DNA of 63,318 nucleotides, filler included, from Conidiobolus incongruus B7586 (taxonomy: Eukaryota), in NCBI GenBank assembly GCA_000697335.1. It is 8 parts of 8 records of this genome, joined end to end, with 100 filler letters (N's around TTAATTAATTAA, not from the genome) between each part and the next. Parts side by side here need not be neighbours in the genome. Positions count along the whole stretch, not along the records: positions 21,343 to 46,121 come from JNEM01006003.1; 7 more parts are not named here. The stretch is one strand, 5' to 3'. Positions 26,247-35,544 of this stretch are shown here, piece after piece. The stretch's first letter is position 1. Every line of letters starts with the position of its first letter. The notes under the pieces were generated by a model. That model did not search any database. It had not been told where the DNA came from and worked only from the letters and a program-made list of their open reading frames with translations. The translations under genes and the position numbers were made by a program.

Positions 26247-26802
26247 TGTCACGGTTATTAGCTCTTGGAGCGTCATTGAGGACACTGACACAGCCATTCT
26301 GTAGGCCAGATTGTGAAACATGATACCTACCAGCTGGGGTAAACTACCAATGATCAGATCTCTGGCTATTCGGCCTTGATCACTTGTAAATGGGGCTTTG
26401 TACAGAGCGACTAGACCAGCAGCAACAGTGGCGGCGTTAGGATCCGACATGCTAAAAGATGGAATCAAGGAATATCAATAGGAACGGGTTTAGAAGGATT
26501 AGTGTAAAATGACTCAAGTGGAACTATAAGCAGTTACTTGAGTATACCAAAAGGGTTGGCTTTGGATGTAGGAAAAAGGTTTATTAATGTAAGAAAGTAA
26601 GGTAAGAGAGAGAGATCAAGAAGGGAGCCGAGCCCTTCTTATACTTAAGTGAAATATATAGGCATAAGTATGCACGGATGAGTAACAGTGAGGTCACTCA
26701 GACGTGGACTGGTAAAATGTTGATAAGGCCTAATTTGGTTAATCAGGTACTTAATAGTGAATTGGAGTGAAGAAAGGTATCAATTAGGTAGCAATCGTCA
26801 CA
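26247..26802 (-). mobile_element. Solo LTR (556 bp) inserted 10 bp upstream of tRNA-Gln
   Basis: TG..CA termini with imperfect inverted ends (TGTCACGGTT / AATCGTCACA); 5-bp TSD AATTT at 26242-26246 and 26803-26807. On the minus strand: TATAAG (26643-26638), a CT-rich tract and AATAAA (26585-26580). Terminal 67 bp identical to 61327-61393. Confidence 0.9.
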
Positions 26803-28447
26803 AATTTAAATTATGAACCTATTTATTCTAATTAATATGCTCACTTATAAACTAATAATTTGTATTTATATACTTATATCAAACCATTTTTAAAATCTTT
26901 TCACTTTTTTCCATCTATTATTTTCTCACTACAATTTTGCTAAAATTTTCATCTTTTTTATACTTCAAATTCTATCAATCTTTATTTAATCCATAACTTT
27001 AATTCTTTATAATGTACTTTTTTAAACCATTTACTTCATTTCATCTAACACAGAACAATAATCTTATATAATTATATTTTATATCAAATATCAATTGGTT
27101 AAAGTAATTTTTTAAATTTATCAAAATAGCCATATAGTATACTTTAAAATGAGGTGATCAAATAATTATATTTTATCTATTGTTAATTTAAAAATAAAAT
27201 CATCATATTGTAGCGGATCGGGACGTCCGCTCTCTGTTTAACTTAAATTATACATCACTGTTTCGAATATAAAGCACATACAAGTGCCATGAAGGACCCT
27301 TGTTCGATGCGAAACTGGGTCAACAGCTACATCAGTGATTCAACGCATTGTAATAAAGATTGATAACACTATAAAATCACTACTGGGCACATATTTGCTC
27401 GAGGGTCATTTCGATCTGGGTTAAGCTCCATAAATTGATATTTTAATATAGCTCTTTAAAGCATCTCATTAGCCACCTTTGGCCAGATTTATTGAATCTA
27501 CTTGAACTTTATTGTAAGGCTACATTCCAGCAGACTTGAAATAGAGTAAATATTTTTGTTTTGGATATTAGAAAATAATTCAGATTTTTGATGAATCATT
27601 CAGTCTATTCTGAAATTAATAAATTTATAATCAATATATAATGTATACTGGAAGAAAAGATATTACTATTTATATTTTTCATAACATAGAAATTCTTAAT
27701 ATGGTTGAATGTCATTGTTTTTCTAATACTAAATTTAAATTGTTAAATTTGATATATGGTAATTACAACTGCTATTTAAACAATATTTCTATTACTTATC
27801 CTTAATTTTAGATAATTATAGTATATTTAAGGTATATTATTTATAATTATACATAATATTTTAATTCGCTCATTTTTAACTAATAATAATTGTTTTTCAA
27901 TATGGAACTAAATTGTCCGCAGTAAATCCATAGACTTTTTGAGATCTAATGATTTTCTTAATTGATCCATTGTGAAAACTGAGAATTTTTTAGTTAATGA
28001 TAGTCATTAATATAACTATAACCGTACTGTCGGAATCAATAATCCTTTAAATTATTTACTATTGGATTATTGATATTAATATTTTATTATTAATAAATAA
28101 ATTTGGAAAACAAATATATTTTTAGACAATAATTTGGTTAAAATAATTAACAATTTTCATGATTTTTAGTAAAATTATCTTTAAAATTTTTGGGAAGCTA
28201 GATATCATTAGCAACTGATGAAATATAAAATATTTTTAAATAACAATGTTATATATGAAAATTGAATAGATCAACTTGGAATAATCAAACATCTTTGATT
28301 ATAAATAATTTATTGGATATGCAATCCGCAGCTTAAAATCCATTAATTTGGATGCAATTTTTATGTATCCCTTAATAGTAATAATTTTGGTTTAACTCCT
28401 TTCGAATATAAACTTCTTAAAAATTGTAGTATAGTGGTTGTGAATAA

Positions 28448-28792
28448 TTATGATGTGGATTTCCTTCGAGTATCTAAAACATCTGGAAGGTCTACAGAAT
28501 TATCACTTATCTTCTTGATCATATCTTCACTGGTTTCTTTTTCCATTGGGAAGAGTTGGTCAGCGTACTTGAGCAGCATGCACCACCCCAGGACAAAACA
28601 TAGTTGAGCTATGATTTGAATGTATTGGAAGCTTAGGAATCGATTGGCAGTGGGATACAGGGCTAATATAGTTGGGATTATCCAGAAAATTGCTTTTTTC
28701 ATCAGTTGATTAAGTCTGACTTCTGAATCTTTGAAAGAAATATAGTCTATAATGTGAGAGATCATTTTCATTAATAAAAAGATTATAACCAA
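28448..28792 (-). CDS. Hypothetical small membrane protein (about two TM segments)
   Basis: ORF with two hydrophobic stretches (KAIFWIIPTILALY; IQIIAQLCFVLGWCMLL) and raised GC. Start codon uncertain. Confidence 0.45.
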   Translation of the reverse strand: MVIIFLLMKMISHIIDYISFKDSEVRLNQLMKKAIFWIIPTILALYPTANRFLSFQYIQIIAQLCFVLGWCMLLKYADQLFPMEKETSEDMIKKISDNSVDLPDVLDTRRKSTS

Positions 28793-29180
28793 AAAACTAA
28801 TAGATTATTAAATAAATGATGGGTTTAACGGTTATTAGTATCTTGAATTATAGATATATTTAAAGTCATAGAATTCCAAATTGTAGAGTGTCACCTCATC
28901 AACTACAGGTATTACTGTAATAATGTTATTGCATTTTTTATCCAATTCAGAATAATAATAACCTGTTGGCGATTACATCAAACAGGAGAAAAGTCCAATA
29001 AATTGACATTTTAGGTAATTTGAGACAATTTTATGTAGTATAAATACCTAAATTAAGGTGAAAAATATTCGAGTGAAATGTAAATTATTGAATGACTACA
29101 AATATTCAGCCTAGAGTTATTTATATATTTTAATCAAATATTATTAGTTTGGTGGTATTGTACTACTTGTAAATATTACC

Positions 29181-29786
29181 ATGGCGTATTATCGTTTCGT
29201 TCAATGCTTTCCAGTATATAGGAATAATGAAGATGAATTGGAATCTCAGCATAGTCGATCGAATCATAATACTAATATCACCTCAGAAAGCAACCAGCTC
29301 AAATGGTACCAGCTGATATTTACATGGAAATACCATGACTATTATCTATCAGTCTTGAGATCTAACACTAAGGAAACCATGAAGCAATTACAGAATTATC
29401 TAATAGTCGGATTCGTTATTGAATTAATAACCATATTGTTAATTGCTGTACTAATATATGTGGCATCAATACTAATCAAATTAAAATATCATCACCTGAA
29501 TAGTCTATTTTCAATTGTCAATGTTACATTGGTAATCGTAACAATATCTCTAATAGTGGTATTCTCCTGCATTTTTTACCTAAGATATGTCCAAGTTAGA
29601 TCAGCTCTCAGTAAGTGTGGCACCATTCCAATGCTAAGAGAATTTACTATGCATTCCAATTATCAGATGTCATCACATACGTTGCCTTTGTATGATGTAG
29701 CTTGTCAAAGTCCTCCTAGTTATCCCAACGACTCTTATTGTTTGCGATCTATAGTTCATGATATGTCACCAAGGTATGAATCTTGA
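29181..29786 (+). CDS. Hypothetical two-TM protein with LPxY/PPxY motifs (paralogue A)
   Basis: Two long hydrophobic helices, then SSHTLPLYDVACQSPPSY. Confidence 0.75.
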   Translation: MAYYRFVQCFPVYRNNEDELESQHSRSNHNTNITSESNQLKWYQLIFTWKYHDYYLSVLRSNTKETMKQLQNYLIVGFVIELITILLIAVLIYVASILIKLKYHHLNSLFSIVNVTLVIVTISLIVVFSCIFYLRYVQVRSALSKCGTIPMLREFTMHSNYQMSSHTLPLYDVACQSPPSYPNDSYCLRSIVHDMSPRYES

Positions 29787-30282
29787 AAGTTTATCATTGC
29801 AAGTATTAGTAAATATTATTTAAATAAGTGTCATTTTAAGTTGAAATCATCACAAAATTGGAAAATTATAATAATTTGATAAATTTTGGATTGCTAATTA
29901 AACCATTGAGAAAACATTTTATTAAAATCAATACATCTGTAAAGATGTTATATTCATTGGTTCCCATATCCACTAATAATCTAATTATAATCTACTTTAA
30001 AACTAAACATTTATTTTTTTACTTGATTGAGGAGTGATTTAGTTGGTTAATTCAACCTTTTTCAAAAATATATTGATAAATTGAAATTAAGTTTTAAAAT
30101 TGTTAAATTGGGCAAAAGGGGAAATTTCGATACAGTTTGGCTTAATTCGAATTTTTAGAAATTGAAGAGTTGGGACTGCTATTTCGAGTGATCATCATAT
30201 AAATACTCATTGGGATAATGTTTTCTGGTCTAGTGTTATTTATCTTTAGACTACTGGTTAGAGTATTTATTCTTGGAATAGT

Positions 30283-31005
30283 ATGATTTGGAGGATATTT
30301 CATTTTAGATATAATAATGAATCAAACAATAATGGAAATAGATCAATATCACCAGAGCCATTAACACAGATTAGGGTTGAAACGAATTCACCACAGTCCC
30401 AGCCTGCAGTTTCAAGACTTCAGGAGGATATTGTACCAAGATGGAGGTCTCTTCTCTTTATCAGTAACTATCAAGCATGCTTAAAACGCGTCAAAGACAC
30501 CAATTCCATATTGAATCTCAATCAATTCAAAAAGAACCTCATCTACAGTTTTTACTTCAAAATGCTGTCCATCTCATTTCTAGCCATCATTCTCATCTGC
30601 TTCTTTTACTTCACAGAAATGTTCTCAAAAGAATTGCCTCCCTATTTCTACAGCATCAAGGGTATAGTAATAGTACTGACTTTGAGTGCTATTATGATCC
30701 TCATTATTCAGTTGGACACTCGCATTATTAAAATCAAGAATGCAATTAAAATGCTAAATTTGCACAGAATACCCCCGACAGTTCAAGTTACAGTCACGCA
30801 GAGCTCATATTCCACATTGCCAAGGTATAACGATGCTTGCGATATTCCTCCGATGTATTCGACGGTCAATATGGCACCAGTATCTCAATCACTCTCAAAT
30901 TCGAGTATAACTAGAGAAATAGAGCAAGTATCTCAATCCATATCAAATTCGAATTCCAGTATACCTAGAGCTGTGATGAGAGGCTCCAATGATTCAGTTA
31001 ATTAA
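30283..31005 (+). CDS. Hypothetical two-TM protein with LPxY/PPxY motifs (paralogue B)
   Basis: Same layout as 29181-29786, with SYSTLPRYNDACDIPPMY and a short internal duplication VSQSLSNSS / VSQSISNSNSS. Confidence 0.75.
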   Translation: MIWRIFHFRYNNESNNNGNRSISPEPLTQIRVETNSPQSQPAVSRLQEDIVPRWRSLLFISNYQACLKRVKDTNSILNLNQFKKNLIYSFYFKMLSISFLAIILICFFYFTEMFSKELPPYFYSIKGIVIVLTLSAIMILIIQLDTRIIKIKNAIKMLNLHRIPPTVQVTVTQSSYSTLPRYNDACDIPPMYSTVNMAPVSQSLSNSSITREIEQVSQSISNSNSSIPRAVMRGSNDSVN

Positions 31006-31773
31006 TTGTTTTCGTTTATTATATAGATTATAGCATACGAATCGATAGATTCTTGAAATAATTAATGATTTTTAATATAAATTCATTCTTTATTTTGATT
31101 TCATGTACTGTATAGTCACTTTAACAATCAAACTCATAATTTGTGATATAACAAAATTCACTACGATATCACATCAAAATTATTAGCCATTTCAATTAGG
31201 TATAACCATGAATAGTCCTCTCTTTAGTTTTGTAATATTGTATTTGTATTATAAAATAATTTTGAAAAATTTCAAAATTTGTAAGATCGTCAATAATTAA
31301 AAAATTAAACCAATTCAATGGTTCTTAGATGAAATATTAGAAATTATAAATGCTTTGGATAATACTCAAGCGCAAACAATAGAGTCAATAGGATTGAATA
31401 TGGATTATATATTGAAATTAAAGGAAAAAATACCTTCTTAAATAAAAACTACGGCGATTGCAGCATTGTTTCAACCTTTATAGCTCATTTAGCTATATCA
31501 TAATATAATTACTAGAACAACAATAAATATATATGGATAGATTTAGAGTTGCCAAATGATATATATATTATTATATGAAAATGTGTTTCAAATTCTTTGA
31601 AAAATAATATATATTACTCAAACACTTTAGTTCATATTGTGTAAAGTTTTAATCGTCTTTGGAATTATATATCCTCAAATTTAGATTCAATCTTAGATAG
31701 TTATAAACAGAACGAGTCACAATAGATTTAATAATTATATACATAAAATTTATTCAGAAAAATATAGTCTGAG

Positions 31774-33885
31774 TTATTGAGTGGCGAACCAGTATAAGGT
31801 ATTGGTAAGAGTATTACCGTCATCAACACCTCTATCGGAATTCAAAAAGTCTCTCAAACCGCCCTGCTTGTCAAAAATACCTTTGGCCATAAAGACGAAG
31901 GTACGCCAGCCGCTGGAGATAGGGGGGTCGGAGCGGGTTAGAGCTTGACTCAAGATGGGATACAGCTCACGAATCCAATTCTGATCCAGCAAGTTGTGGG
32001 AGATTGGAGTAAATGGAAGCATTTGAATACAATGGATGAATTCAGCATTTTTGCCGAACCAGGTAGCATAGTCGGCCTTGGTGTTCCATAATATGCCAAC
32101 AGTCTTATTTTGGGCGAAGACGTCGGGCCACACGGGAGGTTGTTGACTACTGTCCATGTGCCAGTATCTGCGACATGATCGGATTTCCATAGTGGTCAAA
32201 AGATTGCCAAGGTTGGAAAGATTGGTGTCATTTAAGGCGAGACCAAGAAGATAGATGGCATAGTAAGAGTTCACAGCTTCGGATGTACTCTCCTGGTTCT
32301 TTCCGTCGAAGAAGTCGAATAATCCACTGGCCCAGCTGTGGCCGTCATAGAAATCAAACATTCTAAACTTGGGGAAGTAGGGATCGTTGCCGTTGGGATT
32401 GGCGTAATCTCTGATTAAATCGTAGACATGTGCTCTATACTGATTAAGCCAGTTAGGATCGTACTTGCCAATAATCGCAGCTGCATAAACGAAGTAGCCA
32501 TAGTGGAAATGATGATCATTGTAGGCACCATTGCCAAAATCTGCATTGCTATCCCTGTAACCATTCAATGTCACGATACCACACCAAGTGCCATCATAAA
32601 CCAAAGGGTTGGGATTCTTGGACAAAAGCCAGGGTTCAATATATCTCTTGGCCTTGTCAATGATTCCACTAATGAGATAGTGAGCACCGACATGCTCAGC
32701 CATTAATGCGAGTTTAGCAATCTTGGCCAAAGATTTACCGTAAAAGTAAGGGTCTTGGACATTATCGGGAATTTCCAATTTAACATCCTCCTTCAACGCT
32801 TCCTGAATCACGTTGACTAGGTTGGGATCCACATTGCGAGGTGCGTGCCATTGGATTGTGTTCAGATCCTCCAACATTGTCCACTGATCCCCAACAACGG
32901 CTGTCATCGGTCCCTTGATGCATCGATATCCAGTCAAGTTGACGGTAGATTGATTCACTAAGCATTGTTGGTGGTGTGGTAAACTTAACATCAACACTGG
33001 CAAGTTACCACCACGCTTCTTGAAGCTATAATGAATATAAGCTTGACGATCGCTAGGGAATTCATAAACGACGGTAGCTGAAACAGGGTAGGTAGAGCTG
33101 AACTGGTCCAAGACTTGGAGATTTTGATCGACATTTTCAGGGACATAAGCAACACGTAGGGTTCCGTTGAATTGACCATTAGCCACGAGACTGTTGAGGG
33201 TGTGGGACCAGCTGATAGGAGCCGAGGCATAGAAGACCCAGGTTTGGCCATTGTTAAAAGTGACAGTAGTACGTCCATTCGAGGTGACAACCGATAAAAT
33301 AGCGTGAATGGTGGAGAATTCCAAGGTGGCATTGGTCAAGTCCATAGTAATATAGGGACACCCTCTGACGAAATAAGCGCGCATTCTTGTGTTGTCATTA
33401 TCATTACCCCACTGCAAACTTGCAGATAAATCATCCTCATTGATAAGTTTGCGAGGCATGTTGGACGATTCTCCAATCTTCATAGTCCAATTGGCTACGA
33501 ATGGGCTGATCACATAGTCGGCTGTGGGTGTCAAGACAGGGTAACAGATGACCATACCGTTATCTGACATTTGGAGGATGTAAGGATATAAAGGCAAATA
33601 ACTCTTACCCTCATTTAACACGAGATTCTGCCACCATCTGTTGGTTTGGTAAGGACCCTGACTTCTATTCCAAATGCCAGTAGGACCCTGCAAATTTTCA
33701 GAGTGAGGTGGATAAGAAGGCTCTCCATATGTCAAGTCGGCCATCGATTCGGAACTCTCTACAAGGGAAGAATTACCCTCGAAGAAGGATAATGGTCTGG
33801 TCTTCTCTCTGACGCTGGTTTTAGGGCCCTCGGCTGGGGTACGATCCCAAAAAGCTGAAATCCAAGATTTGGGTAAAGATAGCAT
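31774..33885 (-). CDS. GH81 endo-1,3(4)-beta-glucanase, intronless, no signal peptide (Acf2/Eng2-like)
   Basis: PYQTNRWWQN, DPYFYGKSLAK, ADFGNGAYNDHHFHYGYF, FDFYDGHSWASG, NQESTSEAVNSY and IQMLPFTP. Confidence 0.95.
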   Translation of the reverse strand: MLSLPKSWISAFWDRTPAEGPKTSVREKTRPLSFFEGNSSLVESSESMADLTYGEPSYPPHSENLQGPTGIWNRSQGPYQTNRWWQNLVLNEGKSYLPLYPYILQMSDNGMVICYPVLTPTADYVISPFVANWTMKIGESSNMPRKLINEDDLSASLQWGNDNDNTRMRAYFVRGCPYITMDLTNATLEFSTIHAILSVVTSNGRTTVTFNNGQTWVFYASAPISWSHTLNSLVANGQFNGTLRVAYVPENVDQNLQVLDQFSSTYPVSATVVYEFPSDRQAYIHYSFKKRGGNLPVLMLSLPHHQQCLVNQSTVNLTGYRCIKGPMTAVVGDQWTMLEDLNTIQWHAPRNVDPNLVNVIQEALKEDVKLEIPDNVQDPYFYGKSLAKIAKLALMAEHVGAHYLISGIIDKAKRYIEPWLLSKNPNPLVYDGTWCGIVTLNGYRDSNADFGNGAYNDHHFHYGYFVYAAAIIGKYDPNWLNQYRAHVYDLIRDYANPNGNDPYFPKFRMFDFYDGHSWASGLFDFFDGKNQESTSEAVNSYYAIYLLGLALNDTNLSNLGNLLTTMEIRSCRRYWHMDSSQQPPVWPDVFAQNKTVGILWNTKADYATWFGKNAEFIHCIQMLPFTPISHNLLDQNWIRELYPILSQALTRSDPPISSGWRTFVFMAKGIFDKQGGLRDFLNSDRGVDDGNTLTNTLYWFATQ

Positions 33886-34988
33886 ATTTTCTATTTGAAG
33901 TTGATAATTTGATTAATAATAAAATATAAACAAATATTCACAATTTAAAGTAGTTAACAAAAAACTATTAATTAAAACTGATACCAATATATTAATTAAA
34001 ATACTATGAACTAATCCGTATTTATATTACTTATAAGATGGACGGATAATCGAGTTTAACATAATTTAAAGGTTACTGCCACTCTGAGTACTGGATTAAA
34101 TGAAATCACCTTTCATTGATCATCCGTTAAATAACTTATGAGAAAAATAATTTTGCTAAAACTTGTATAATCATCATTAGATTGTATCTCCTTTAAAAAC
34201 CTCACCCAGTTGCATAAATTAGAGACTGATCCAAATTTCCATTCTACATTGATTGGTGTATTTTATCTCAGACAATAAGACTTCATGCAATCTATTGTAC
34301 CTTTTCCTTAAGATTTACCCTATTTGGTTATTTTTCATCTCTATTGGAGTTAATTTTCTCGAGTAATTTTAAAATCAGTCCATTATTAGAACTTGTCAAA
34401 TTCGTTATGAAACTCAATAAGTAAAAATGTATCATTTAATTGTATATATTTCCAACAACCAATATTTTCAATCTTGTTTATTGAGACCCTTTAAATAAAT
34501 ATGCCATATCAATTGAATTTTAATATTATCCTTAATTAAAATATAATATTTCTAATTTAATAAATTTGCGAATTTCAAGTTATTAATTACTATAATTAAA
34601 AAAAATATTTTTTTAATAAAATAATTAATTTAAACTAATTAAATATTTTAATTATACCTTAATAGTCATAGTCTAAAAATTATTAATATAAATTAAAAAC
34701 ATTTAAAAATCCTTAATAAATAAAACAATATAATTGAATAATTTTTTAAAATACTATATTTTCTTCAAAATTATTTTTTAAAGTATTATTCAAATTAATG
34801 GAATAGTGAAATATTAGTTAAATAATTTTAATATTAAATTGAATTAGTTTTTACACTTTCAATTTTCATATAATAATTTCATTTTTAACATCTACTCAAA
34901 TTGAAAAAAATAATAATTTTAAGCATTGTTAAAACAATTTTTTTCATCACTAGTATTAATACCGGACATTTGTTATTATACAATTTGG

Positions 34989-35544
34989 TGGAATATTCGG
35001 GTGATATAACCCTATAATACAGTTGTACATTTTCCAGTGTTTAAAATCATGTGAATATATTATATGATTTTGTACGCAATTATACATATTGAAAACTTTA
35101 GATGTACACTCTTAAATAAATTAATTATTGCATTATTTTTTCAACAATCAAACTATTTAAATAAATTAACACTTTTAATCAATTATTCTCTATTTGATTA
35201 CAATATGCGTAAATTTTTTATATTGTTGATAATAATAACCAAATTGATTAAGCTAATAATTCAATTATATTTAGACATAATGTTGAATTTAAATAGTTGA
35301 ATATTGTATTTATATGAATTTAATTTGAATAATTTATAATTAACTATTTCATTTAATTGAAACTTTGATTATTATAATTTATATTTATTCTTAATTTCTA
35401 AAAATGAATTTAAAGTTAAACAATTTAATATTTCACGAAAAAATCTGAAAATAGATATTATTGATTTAAATATCCAATTATATTGAAACATTTTGATTTT
35501 GTGCTTGTGTTCGAAGTATATGATTATATCACCCGAATATTCCA
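34989..35544. mobile_element. Putative MITE (non-autonomous TIR element)
   Basis: Perfect 21-bp terminal inverted repeats TGGAATATTCGGGTGATATAA (34989-35009) / TTATATCACCCGAATATTCCA (35524-35544) around AT-rich non-coding DNA. No clear TSD. Confidence 0.65.

Noticed and set aside
26025..26468. 147-aa ORF as a host protein-coding gene
   Set aside because: It is a chimera of LTR sequence, the tRNA-Gln gene and AT-rich flank. Only the LTR part is treated as meaningful.
26165..26802. tRNA-derived SINE or composite tRNA+LTR element
   Set aside because: The TSD brackets only the LTR and excludes the tRNA, and the second copy abuts a different tRNA.
27240..27345. Possible hammerhead ribozyme on the minus strand (CTGATG..CGAAAC)
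   Set aside because: The core reads CTGATGT rather than CTGANGA, and the stems do not fit hammerhead topology.
9914..33885. Cell-wall recycling cluster (GH16, DAC1, GH81)
   Set aside because: GH16 is separated from the others by two artificial gaps and unrelated genes intervene; no NAG1 or HXK1 partners are present.
31774..33885. Horizontal transfer of GH81 suggested by higher GC and lack of introns
   Set aside because: The native midasin fragments here are equally intronless and GC-rich, and GH81 is a normal fungal family.
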